From a virus: 64,000 bases of DNA. Location: IMG/VR virus record IMGVR_UViG_3300022602_000084, positions 3,133 through 67,132 of that record, one strand, 5' to 3'. The position numbers and the translations under genes are program-made. Positions 28,603 through 37,395 of the stretch are shown here, piece by piece. The first letter of the stretch is position 1. Each line of letters starts with the position of its first letter. Under the pieces are notes generated by a model, which worked only from the letters and a program-made list of their open reading frames with translations, was not told the DNA's origin and searched no databases.

Positions 28603-29027
28603 TTGAGAATATTTTCCAAAGTCTTAATTTTTTTACGCACAATATCAAAACTAAAACTACGCCACAAGCCGGGATGTAACGGCTTGGGGTAATCATCTAG
28701 TTCAACCCAACAATAGCCTCGATGCTCGTCGTTTAGTGCAGGCACAAATTCGGCGTCAACACCAACAAGAAAAGTATAGTACACAAATTTACGATTGTCG
28801 GCGGTAAATGTTTCGAGTGGAATAAATTTTTGCGTAGAATAATCCGCTCCAATTTCTTCGCGGATCTCTCGAATCAAGCCCTGCATCACAGTTTCGCCAA
28901 GATCCACTTTGCCGCCTACTATGCCCCACGAGCCTGAATGTCGGCTTTTGTTACGTAGCAAAAACAAATATCGGTTGGTACTTCGAGCATAAATCAATGC
29001 CCCGCATCCTTCTAAATGCTCGCTCAT
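28599..29027 (-). CDS. Nudix hydrolase
   Basis: Nudix box GGKVDLGETVMQGLIREIREEIG. ATG at 29027 overlaps the upstream stop (TAATG). Confidence 0.92.
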   Translation of the reverse strand: MSEHLEGCGALIYARSTNRYLFLLRNKSRHSGSWGIVGGKVDLGETVMQGLIREIREEIGADYSTQKFIPLETFTADNRKFVYYTFLVGVDAEFVPALNDEHRGYCWVELDDYPKPLHPGLWRSFSFDIVRKKIKTLENILN

Positions 29028-30388
29028 TACAACACCAAACTCCAATTACCGGCCTTGTACACTCCTTGGTAGCTCTTGGTCCATGCACCGTTGTTCCAAA
29101 CATACTGTATCTGTGTGGTCAAATTGGTAACATACTGTATGGATGTATTACTGCTATCAAATGCCACAGTCCAATAACTACCGTTCCATTCGATAATGTC
29201 ATTGGCACGAGCAATCAAATTGGTTCCCGGAGCTCCGGCCCAAGCAGCAGCACTGGTACTATTGGCATCGCCAATGGGATTTAGAATCAAATATCTAGTG
29301 CCGGTTGTGGGATGTAAAATATTGTTGTCAACAGTTACAGTATAGGGATCAATTACGGCATTGACTGGTGGTAATGTATTGGCCGGAAATGTTTGCGTAT
29401 CAGGAGTAAACAACAATTGTGTGGGGTTGCTGGGATTGTATGCCACAACTCCAACAATTTCGTGATTGCCGTCGGTGTAGTCAAATGACAGTCGCACTTG
29501 GCTTATGCCGTTGGTTAGTTTGCCGTAGTTGGTAATCAAGTTTTGCCACGATGCTGCAGTGCCTTCTCCTGATTCGGGCAAAGGCTGATACAGGGTAAGT
29601 GTATTGCCCATATAGATTAAATCGTAACTGAGTGGAGTAAATCGCATTTGAGTGTTGGCCACTGTGTTTACAATGTCAATGTTAAGGTCGCCGCCAACAT
29701 CGTATATGTTGGCAATAATTTGTGCTACAACGCCGGCTTTTTTGACCTTGGCTGGGAGACTTATCCAAATTGGCAAATCAAAAGTCAAACTTGCAATATC
29801 TATATTGTCGTCGGTGCCCAACGGCACAGTTCTATTAGTGTAACTTATATCGGTCAATAATGCAACACTTAAACTGGTCCAGTCTAGGTAATTGTCAGTG
29901 CTCTGTATTTCAAAGCCGGGATTGAACAAGGGCAACAACTGTTCAAGCAATTGTTGCTTTTGATCAGTGTTGCTGGTCCATATGTCCAACTTCATTTGTA
30001 ATCGATACGGTGCCGGCATCATTCGCTCCACACTGTACGCACCGCCTTGCGTTCCAGTTGGCAATTGTGTAACAGGATCTATGTTTTGTTCAATGATTCT
30101 TTGATAGCTTTCAAAATAGGGATTTTGCATCCGCTCTCGATCATAAGTCAACGCATTGATGTAGGTGGCCATTGCCGGCACTGCATTTAAAGGATTTTCA
30201 CTGTTGAGCCTAATAATTGTATCGGCTTGATGACTTGGAGATCCATAATAAACCGGAACAGTTTGTAGAGTGCGATTTCCAGTAGCATCCATTCCAAATT
30301 CTACTTGGAAATTTGATACCATTCGCATGAACTGTGCTACAAATCTACGGATTTGCCCATCGTATGTAAATTGAACTAGACTGGCCAT
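29027..30388 (-). CDS. g15: Tail sheath stabiliser / tail terminator (T4 gp15-like)
   Basis: YDGQIRRFVAQF, VPVYYG, PAPYRL...QLLEQLLPLFNP motifs. Confidence 0.85.
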   Translation of the reverse strand: MASLVQFTYDGQIRRFVAQFMRMVSNFQVEFGMDATGNRTLQTVPVYYGSPSHQADTIIRLNSENPLNAVPAMATYINALTYDRERMQNPYFESYQRIIEQNIDPVTQLPTGTQGGAYSVERMMPAPYRLQMKLDIWTSNTDQKQQLLEQLLPLFNPGFEIQSTDNYLDWTSLSVALLTDISYTNRTVPLGTDDNIDIASLTFDLPIWISLPAKVKKAGVVAQIIANIYDVGGDLNIDIVNTVANTQMRFTPLSYDLIYMGNTLTLYQPLPESGEGTAASWQNLITNYGKLTNGISQVRLSFDYTDGNHEIVGVVAYNPSNPTQLLFTPDTQTFPANTLPPVNAVIDPYTVTVDNNILHPTTGTRYLILNPIGDANSTSAAAWAGAPGTNLIARANDIIEWNGSYWTVAFDSSNTSIQYVTNLTTQIQYVWNNGAWTKSYQGVYKAGNWSLVL

Positions 30389-30390
30389 GA

Positions 30391-31770
30391 TTAACTTTCG
30401 TTGTTGTCGGCTCTAATAGACAGAACACGACTTAGTGGTTGTAAACTGTTTTGTGTAGTTCCATCTGGTCCTACAAAAGTGTTTGTGTTATTTACGTAAC
30501 TTGTACGTTGTGTTTGATTATTTGTAGCACCCGGAGTCAAGTTGGTGCGTACTGCATCCTCAATCTTGGCCCAAAATTTACCATTGAATCTAAACAATCT
30601 GTTAGGCAGATAATCCAACCGCAAAAAGTAGTCGCCATTTTTGGGACTGCTTGGGAAGGCAACGCCGGCTCCGGTCACTATGTTGTTGGGAGCACGTCCG
30701 TCAGCAGTCAAGTAGCCCTCAATTTTGTAATCGGGACTGGGTATTCCGCTGTCGGCAGTGATATTGACATTGTCGGCAGTGATGGTGCCGGAATCGCTAG
30801 TGATTGCATTTCCGCCAACTGCTATGCCGTTTGCAAACGACTGAGTATAAAACGGGCTGGTATCGTAACCGGACAAGGGAACATCAAATTCGGCTTGTGC
30901 TGTAACAGCTTGATTTATATTCAAGTAGGTGTTGTAGGTACTCAATATTGATCCCACCGGAGTAGTAGTACCGGGACCTGCAGCAAGATTATTGAGAATA
31001 TCTTTGTATTCTTGACTGTCTACCAAGGGATTGAGTTTGACACGCCACAGATGTGGCCACCAAGTGGGACTGAATCCTTCCGAGGCAAAACTTGCGTCGC
31101 CAACAACATAGAAACGTTTTAATGCTGCTGGTACATCTTGATTTAAACTGTCGTAATCTTTCAAATGCTCGAGTTCGAGTACATCCCCACTCAACAACTT
31201 GCGTCCAATGGTGTCTACCATGTCGCGTAAATGAAATACCATAAAAATAGTGCCAGTTTGCAAAAACAATCCAAATTGGCTCAAATCAAAGTCTTGGTCG
31301 GCACGTTGATAAATGCCACGCATCTTGTAAACCGAAGTATCGTATTTTCTATCGCGAGTTTCGGTCCACAACAGGTCCTGTATGTTCAATTCGCTTTGAT
31401 TGGTAAAACTGGGTTGAGTGGCGTCGCTACTGAATCCAATGGTAACTCCGGTGCCGACCAGGCTGGTTGTGCTGGCACTAAGAGTTATTGATGTTGTGGT
31501 AATTGATAGAACTTGAGTTTTGGGAGGAATGCCTGTGCCGTAGACAAAATCGTTTAATTTTACGCCATTGGTGTTGCTAAATATCAGCGGATCGGTATTT
31601 GCAGCTTGCCCGGCACTGGTAGACAACTGCACACCTTGAGCAGTGGGGCCTAGATATTTGTTCAACAATATGCCAGTCCCGCCAATGGTAAACATTTCGC
31701 TGATTCTGCGATCAAAGAACTTGTAGTCGTTGCTGTGTCGGCCATCTTGCCAAAGTGAGAGTCTTGCCAC
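30391..31770 (-). CDS. g14: Neck protein (T4 gp14-like)
   Basis: QDLLWTETRDRKY, DLSQFGL, GDVLEL motifs; adjacent to g15. Confidence 0.78.
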   Translation of the reverse strand: MARLSLWQDGRHSNDYKFFDRRISEMFTIGGTGILLNKYLGPTAQGVQLSTSAGQAANTDPLIFSNTNGVKLNDFVYGTGIPPKTQVLSITTTSITLSASTTSLVGTGVTIGFSSDATQPSFTNQSELNIQDLLWTETRDRKYDTSVYKMRGIYQRADQDFDLSQFGLFLQTGTIFMVFHLRDMVDTIGRKLLSGDVLELEHLKDYDSLNQDVPAALKRFYVVGDASFASEGFSPTWWPHLWRVKLNPLVDSQEYKDILNNLAAGPGTTTPVGSILSTYNTYLNINQAVTAQAEFDVPLSGYDTSPFYTQSFANGIAVGGNAITSDSGTITADNVNITADSGIPSPDYKIEGYLTADGRAPNNIVTGAGVAFPSSPKNGDYFLRLDYLPNRLFRFNGKFWAKIEDAVRTNLTPGATNNQTQRTSYVNNTNTFVGPDGTTQNSLQPLSRVLSIRADNNES

Positions 31771-31804
31771 TGTCGTTTCCTAGATTATTGTGTATTTACC
31801 CAAA

Positions 31805-31833
31805 TTGACAACTAATGATTTATCTAGTATAAT
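31805..31833 (+). promoter_or_regulatory. Consensus sigma70 (early) promoter
   Basis: TTGACA-17 nt-TATAAT. Confidence 0.9.
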
Positions 31834-31840
31834 TACAGTT

Positions 31841-32095
31841 ATGCAGTCACATAGCCCTGAACTTTACAATAGAATCGCAGATGCCCGTCCCATTGTAGTA
31901 CGATTGGGCGATGCTAAATTGCATTTGATGTTACAAAATTGTGTGGGATATTGGGCAAAACTGGACGGGGAATTTGTAGAATGTCGCCGCCGAAATCGAT
32001 TAACACCAAAGTACACAGAAATAGCCCAACGATTAGACGAAGCTCTTGTTGTATTAGAACAACACCTAACATTTGGCACTTTACTCAAAATGTAG
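31841..32095 (+). CDS. Hypothetical early protein (probably leaderless)
   Basis: ATG lies 7 nt after the TATAAT box; the ORF-track start (31790) is upstream of the promoter. Confidence 0.7.
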   Translation: MQSHSPELYNRIADARPIVVRLGDAKLHLMLQNCVGYWAKLDGEFVECRRRNRLTPKYTEIAQRLDEALVVLEQHLTFGTLLKM

Positions 32096-32122
32096 TATAA
32101 TATAGTTTTACAGGAGAAGTAT

Positions 32123-32920
32123 ATGGCCCGAGGCCAAAAGATGCCAATGCCGTTCGCGGTGTTCAAACAACAATGTGCCGACCGCGGATACACGAATGCT
32201 ATAGATCAAACTCAGTATTCAGATCCGCAGTTTATCTACGCCATGCGTACCAACAACGGTATCAAGTGCGAGATCAAGCCCGACATGTATACTTTAGGAC
32301 TGCAAAGCAAGTATCTAGAGGATATACGAATTGCCTGTGAAGCTGAAGGTTACGAATTTACTAAAAAGACCGGCAAGTATTATTGCATCAAACACGAAGA
32401 CGATGACGATTGGTTTGAAGTGTTTTTTGACATTGTGGACATAATTGAAAATATTGAAACAATACCACAAAATCGCAGAACCAGTGCAGTTAAGGTCTTC
32501 ACTAAAGAGGTCGCAGAACGCAACATCTTTGAAAAGATTGCCCGGCGTTATCGTAATGCTTTTGATAACAAAGATCAGTACATGTTAGATGCCGCAAGGC
32601 AATTGCTCAGTGGTGATGACATTGATCATTTGCTAACCGTTGGCGAAAGTCGTGCTAGAACCGATACCAATACTTACAGAGAACACGTCGTGCCCTGTAT
32701 CTTGATTCACAATCATGCAGTTGAAATGACAGTTAATGGTGCAACCATTGCCGCAGTGGCACAAATGATCAAAAGCAATTTGGCAATCGTGCTAATTACC
32801 ACTGAAGAAGCCGATAGGTTAGATACCGAATTGGGATTACAAACCGTAATGCCCGAGGGCTGGCAGTGGGGGCAAGATCCGTTTGCAAGGTTAGTGGCCG
32901 CTAACATTGCACTAAAATGA
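32123..32920 (+). CDS. Hypothetical protein with His-Me/HNH-like EHVVP motif
   Basis: AGGAG RBS; TTGGCA-17-TATAAT promoter upstream; YREHVVP. Confidence 0.65.
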   Translation: MARGQKMPMPFAVFKQQCADRGYTNAIDQTQYSDPQFIYAMRTNNGIKCEIKPDMYTLGLQSKYLEDIRIACEAEGYEFTKKTGKYYCIKHEDDDDWFEVFFDIVDIIENIETIPQNRRTSAVKVFTKEVAERNIFEKIARRYRNAFDNKDQYMLDAARQLLSGDDIDHLLTVGESRARTDTNTYREHVVPCILIHNHAVEMTVNGATIAAVAQMIKSNLAIVLITTEEADRLDTELGLQTVMPEGWQWGQDPFARLVAANIALK

Positions 32921-32954
32921 ACTAGATGTTATAATACTATTTTGGGAGTAGAAC

Positions 32955-34127
32955 ATGGCAACAGTTGCAGGCATTAAGATTAAAACAAAACAAACCAAAG
33001 TTCGTAATCCGGCTTTTCACGATGAAAAGTATACCGGAGGCGAACCTGATTGGGATGCTAGTGATATTGAACTAAGCGATGCAGACTTTGATCATAAACT
33101 TCGCAAAAGTTTTTACTACTACAATTATTATTACAGTCAAAAAGATGCACGTAAAAATGTCATAGAATGGTTACGACTACAGACTAAGCGGTTCACAAAA
33201 GAGCAAATACGAACATTCGAACGCACCGGAGATCGCAGTATTCCGATGACCGCTTGTTGTATCGTTATGGCACACATTCGTGCCAACATGCCGCTTAAGA
33301 CTAGACACATTGAGTTTTTGGACAAGTGTATACTAGAAGCCATTGCAGGTGCCGAGCCCGAAGTGCAAGAAGTTGTAGCCGAAGTCAAAGAAACGTACCG
33401 AGCACCCACAATTCAAGATCGCTTGAATGAAAAAACAAGTGAAATAATTGGCGAGCTAGAAGGACACTACGATGATGCAACTTTGAGTGCGAAAAGTACA
33501 TTCAAACCCTATGACTATCTAGTGGCCAATAATGTGATACAAAGTCAGTTGGGCAAGTACGAAGCAGTTTACAATGCTCGTAAACAGGAACTTGAAGCGG
33601 CCCTGGCCAAGAAAGATGCAGACTTAAAAGAAGGTTATCGACACTACAAAGCCGCAGACTTCAAACGCATGATCACCTGGATTGACAACTTGATAGCAGC
33701 GATTGAACAATATCGCGGGGTCAAGAAAGCAACCAAAAAAGCCAGGGTTAAAAAGGCACCTAGCAAAGAAAAGGTAATTGCCCGACTCAAGTATGCTAAA
33801 ACACACACCGAGCTAAAAATTGTCAGTATCAATCCTGCAGAAATTGTAGGGGCACAAGAGTTGTGGATTTATAACACAAAATACAGAAAGCTCGGAAAAT
33901 ACGTAGCTGAATCGTATAAGACCTTGAGTGTAAAAGGTACAACAATTATCAACTTTGATGAAAGTAAAAGTGTGTGCAAGACTTTACGTAAGCCAGAAGA
34001 ACAACTTAAAGAGTTTGCAAAGGCAGGCAAAGTTCAGCTGAGAAAATTCTTAGATGATATTAAAGCTACAGAAAGCCGGTTAAACGGCAGAATGAACAGT
34101 GAGATAGTGTTACTCAAAGCAGTTTAA
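32955..34127 (+). CDS. Hypothetical phage protein (basic C-terminus)
   Basis: 390-aa ORF; GGAG RBS; TTGCAC-17-TATAAT promoter upstream. Confidence 0.8.
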   Translation: MATVAGIKIKTKQTKVRNPAFHDEKYTGGEPDWDASDIELSDADFDHKLRKSFYYYNYYYSQKDARKNVIEWLRLQTKRFTKEQIRTFERTGDRSIPMTACCIVMAHIRANMPLKTRHIEFLDKCILEAIAGAEPEVQEVVAEVKETYRAPTIQDRLNEKTSEIIGELEGHYDDATLSAKSTFKPYDYLVANNVIQSQLGKYEAVYNARKQELEAALAKKDADLKEGYRHYKAADFKRMITWIDNLIAAIEQYRGVKKATKKARVKKAPSKEKVIARLKYAKTHTELKIVSINPAEIVGAQELWIYNTKYRKLGKYVAESYKTLSVKGTTIINFDESKSVCKTLRKPEEQLKEFAKAGKVQLRKFLDDIKATESRLNGRMNSEIVLLKAV

Positions 34128-34177
34128 TCCCCGACAATCCCGTAAGAGTGTAATAAATACGCTATACGGGATTTTTC

Positions 34178-35134
34178 ATGAGTACACCATTCACAAGTAA
34201 TGTCACAGTAGAAGCGAATTTTGATGCACAGAACAATGTAATCGCTCCCAGTCTGTTTGACGCAAACACCGGATCGCAAAGCGGGGCACACATTGCCTTT
34301 GATGGTAGCAATACTGTTACCTTCCCCGGAATCCAAGATCCAAATTGGGCATATGGTAATACCAACGACAGTTTACGTGCTGCTATCACTGACTATATTC
34401 GTATGCGATTGGGCGACGGCATTGTAGATGTCGAACTTGAAAAAGAACACTACGAAATGGCCATAAATCAGGCCATGATCAAGTACCGACAAAAAGCTCA
34501 AAATGCATACGAAGAAAGCTATGCGTTCTTGCAACTATTGCCCGAGACACAAGAATACATCATGCCCAAAGAGATACAAAACATTCGGGCTATTTACAGA
34601 CGTGGTATTGGAAGTGTGACTGGAACAACGGCCAGTCAATTTGAACCGTTTGCATCGGGTTATTTGAATACATATATGTTGGTAGCAGGACGTGTTGGCG
34701 GACTGACCAACTACGAATTGTTTGTGGACTATCAAAAGTTGGCCATGATGATGTTTGGTGGATTTATGAATTTTACATTCAACAGAACCACTAAACGACT
34801 CACGCTGGTTCGTAAAATGCCATACCAAGGGGCCAACCCCGATCCCACACAAAACGAAAGTGTACTGTTACAAATTGACAATGTAAAGCCCGACTCGATG
34901 TTGTTGAACGATCCGCAGACTTTTCCCTGGATTCAAGAATATGCTTACAGTTTTTGTAAACGCATCTTGGGCGAGGCTCGTAGTAAATTTAGTCAGATAG
35001 CTGGACCACAGGGCGGAGCTACACTAAACGGAGCGGATCTTAAAAATGAAGCACAAGCCGAAATGGAAAAGCTGGAAGAAGATTTAAAAATGTATGTTGA
35101 TGGAAGTCAGCCACTAACTTGGATAATGGGATAA
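34178..35134 (+). CDS. g13: Neck protein (T4 gp13-like)
   Basis: RLGDGIVDVELE, LGEARSKF, PQGGATLNGADLKNEAQAEMEKLE motifs. Confidence 0.88.
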   Translation: MSTPFTSNVTVEANFDAQNNVIAPSLFDANTGSQSGAHIAFDGSNTVTFPGIQDPNWAYGNTNDSLRAAITDYIRMRLGDGIVDVELEKEHYEMAINQAMIKYRQKAQNAYEESYAFLQLLPETQEYIMPKEIQNIRAIYRRGIGSVTGTTASQFEPFASGYLNTYMLVAGRVGGLTNYELFVDYQKLAMMMFGGFMNFTFNRTTKRLTLVRKMPYQGANPDPTQNESVLLQIDNVKPDSMLLNDPQTFPWIQEYAYSFCKRILGEARSKFSQIAGPQGGATLNGADLKNEAQAEMEKLEEDLKMYVDGSQPLTWIMG

Positions 35135-35141
35135 GTACAAT

Positions 35142-35561
35142 ATGAAGATAACAGAAATTATAACAGAAGAAAGCAAAATGCCCGACAGTCACGTCAGTGC
35201 TACTCCGGGCATGAAAAATCATCCAAGTTTGGATAACTCGAGTCCGTATGCACCGTGGCGTTTTGCTGCACACTTTTTGGGCGGTGCCGGTGCACCCGAT
35301 GGCAAATACGAACACGAACCTGAAAAAGAAGGTCCAACCGGGCAGGCTCTAGTCACAGTGGCTTATACCGATGGCGAACATAAAATTTTAGATCAAGCTG
35401 AAAAAGCATTTGGAGTCAAGTCACATAGACTCACGCCCAATGAATCCAGTGAAAATCCCGATGTACACAAAGCCAGTCCGGTCAAGGCCCGTGGACCGGT
35501 GACATTAAAAGTTGCTGTTAAAGATGGTAAAACAGATATTGCCACAAAGCCTAAAAAGTAA
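35142..35561 (+). CDS. Hypothetical protein, possible internal head protein
   Basis: N-terminus MKITEIITEE resembles a capsid-targeting peptide. Confidence 0.65.
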   Translation: MKITEIITEESKMPDSHVSATPGMKNHPSLDNSSPYAPWRFAAHFLGGAGAPDGKYEHEPEKEGPTGQALVTVAYTDGEHKILDQAEKAFGVKSHRLTPNESSENPDVHKASPVKARGPVTLKVAVKDGKTDIATKPKK

Positions 35562-35621
35562 TTGACATAATCTGTATCTTATCCTACTCTAATTAGACTA
35601 AATAAGTCAAAGGAGTAGTAA

Positions 35622-36356
35622 ATGTTTTTAGATAACAAATACACAAGTTGGTATAACAATATAATTGCCAACGCACAAAATCGATCCATATTAGGATATA
35701 CCGAAAAACATCATATTATACCCAAGAGTATTGGAGGGGAAGACATTGCCTCCAATATTGTAGCATTGACTGCTAGGGAGCATTTTATTTGTCATTTATT
35801 GCTTACTAAAATGACAACAGAAAAATTTAAAAGAAAATTAATTCATGCCGCTTGGGGAATGTGTAATTTAAAAGGTCCTGGACAACAACGGTATAAAGTA
35901 TCTTCAAAAACCTATGAAGAATTAAAAATAAAACATGCAGATGCATTATCTAAATTATATACCGGAGTTAAAAATAGTAAGAAATCTAATCCTGGTGTAA
36001 AAAATGGATTTTATGGAAAATCACATTCTGAAGAAACGAAAGAAAAAATAAGAAAAGCTAGGTTAGGCACAAAAGATTCTAACGAAGTTAAGATCAAAAA
36101 ATCCATATCTGCAAAACAAAAACCCCCAGTGTCCGACACTACAAAACAAAAATTAAGCATAGCAAATAAAGGACGTGCAGGTTTTTCTGGAAAAGAAAAT
36201 CCTTTCTATGGAAAAACGCATTCAACGGAGTCTCGAAAAAGAATGAGTGAATCGCATCTTGCAGAACCTAAGAAAACATGTTATCATTGCAACAAGACTG
36301 TAGATGCACGTAATTTTGGGAGGTGGCATGGGGACAAATGTAAACACAAACAATAA
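35622..36356 (+). CDS. Free-standing HNH homing endonuclease with NUMOD3 repeats
   Basis: EKHHIIPKSIGG...NIVALTAREHFICHLLL; repeated FYGK(S/T)HS(E/T)E modules. Confidence 0.9.
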   Translation: MFLDNKYTSWYNNIIANAQNRSILGYTEKHHIIPKSIGGEDIASNIVALTAREHFICHLLLTKMTTEKFKRKLIHAAWGMCNLKGPGQQRYKVSSKTYEELKIKHADALSKLYTGVKNSKKSNPGVKNGFYGKSHSEETKEKIRKARLGTKDSNEVKIKKSISAKQKPPVSDTTKQKLSIANKGRAGFSGKENPFYGKTHSTESRKRMSESHLAEPKKTCYHCNKTVDARNFGRWHGDKCKHKQ

Positions 36357-37029
36357 ACAGATACTTGGGTTGGTTGGCTTAATAGGTAGTGGCAAAGATA
36401 CTGCTGCCGACTATTTGGTTAACTTTCACGGATATCGTAGAGAAAGTTTTGCCAGCAGTTTAAAAGATGCAGTGGCTCATGTGTTTGGTTGGGATCGCCA
36501 AATGCTTGAAGGTAGAACTGCTCAGAGTCGCACCTGGCGGGAACAACGCGACGAATGGTGGAGTCAACGTCTGGGACGCGACATCACGCCAAGACATGTG
36601 TTACAGTATTGGGGCACCGAAGTTATCAGAAACGGATTCCACGACGACATGTGGATAGCCAGCCTAGAGAATAAAATCCGTACCAGCCAAGACAATATTG
36701 TGATCACTGATTGTAGATTTCCCAACGAGATAGCAGCTATACGAGCACAGGGCGGCAGGATAATTTGGATTCAACGTGGTCCACTTCCTGCTTGGTTTCC
36801 GGTAGCAGTACGAGCCAATCAGGGCGATGCAGTATTTGTAGAAAACTTAAAAACCTTGGGTATACATCCCAGTGAAACTGCCTGGGCCGGTACCGAGTTC
36901 GATGCCGAAATAGACAACAACGACACCATCGACGAATTGTTTACCCAACTCAAAAGTCTGGTACAATCTCCGCAGGTTTCCAAGGTAGTCGGCTCTTATA
37001 CACCTCTTGCACGCAGTTCAAGCAAATAG
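36328..37029 (+). CDS. Deoxynucleoside monophosphate kinase (T4 gp1-like)
   Basis: GLIGSGKDT P-loop, SFASSLKD, LQYWGTE, ITDCRFPNE. Start is uncertain (36304 or 36328); both lie inside the HNH gene. Confidence 0.9.
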   Translation: MGTNVNTNNKQILGLVGLIGSGKDTAADYLVNFHGYRRESFASSLKDAVAHVFGWDRQMLEGRTAQSRTWREQRDEWWSQRLGRDITPRHVLQYWGTEVIRNGFHDDMWIASLENKIRTSQDNIVITDCRFPNEIAAIRAQGGRIIWIQRGPLPAWFPVAVRANQGDAVFVENLKTLGIHPSETAWAGTEFDAEIDNNDTIDELFTQLKSLVQSPQVSKVVGSYTPLARSSSK

Positions 37030-37300
37030 TCTTGAGATTGAAATGATTGTTGTTTTTTAAGTTACCGTCGACGTAAAATACAGCACTCTGTTCCTTGGCG
37101 AACTTGAATTTAAACCCGCACTTTTCGCACTGCGGTTTTTTTGTGTACCCGGTTTTGGCCCATGCAGGAACTGCTTTGCTCTTTCGGCTTTTTCGAATAC
37201 AGGCAGAACATCGGCTGCGATAATGATACACACCTTCTTTGATGTAGTTGATGGCACAGGCATTGACGTTGCATGCCAAACATAAATCACGTTTTTGCAT
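36950..37300 (-). CDS. Zinc-finger / degenerate HNH protein
   Basis: Four CxxC pairs; VFYVDGNLKNNNHFNL; TATAAATA 5 nt before the ATG at 37300. Confidence 0.72.
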   Translation of the reverse strand: MQKRDLCLACNVNACAINYIKEGVYHYRSRCSACIRKSRKSKAVPAWAKTGYTKKPQCEKCGFKFKFAKEQSAVFYVDGNLKNNNHFNLKTICLNCVQEVYKSRLPWKPAEIVPDF

Positions 37301-37395
37301 ACTGATATTTATACCAAACCTTTGCAAAGGCTCCTGCTACGCCATGGAAATTTGGCATTACTGCTAAATATTCATAACATGTATTATAAAGGATA

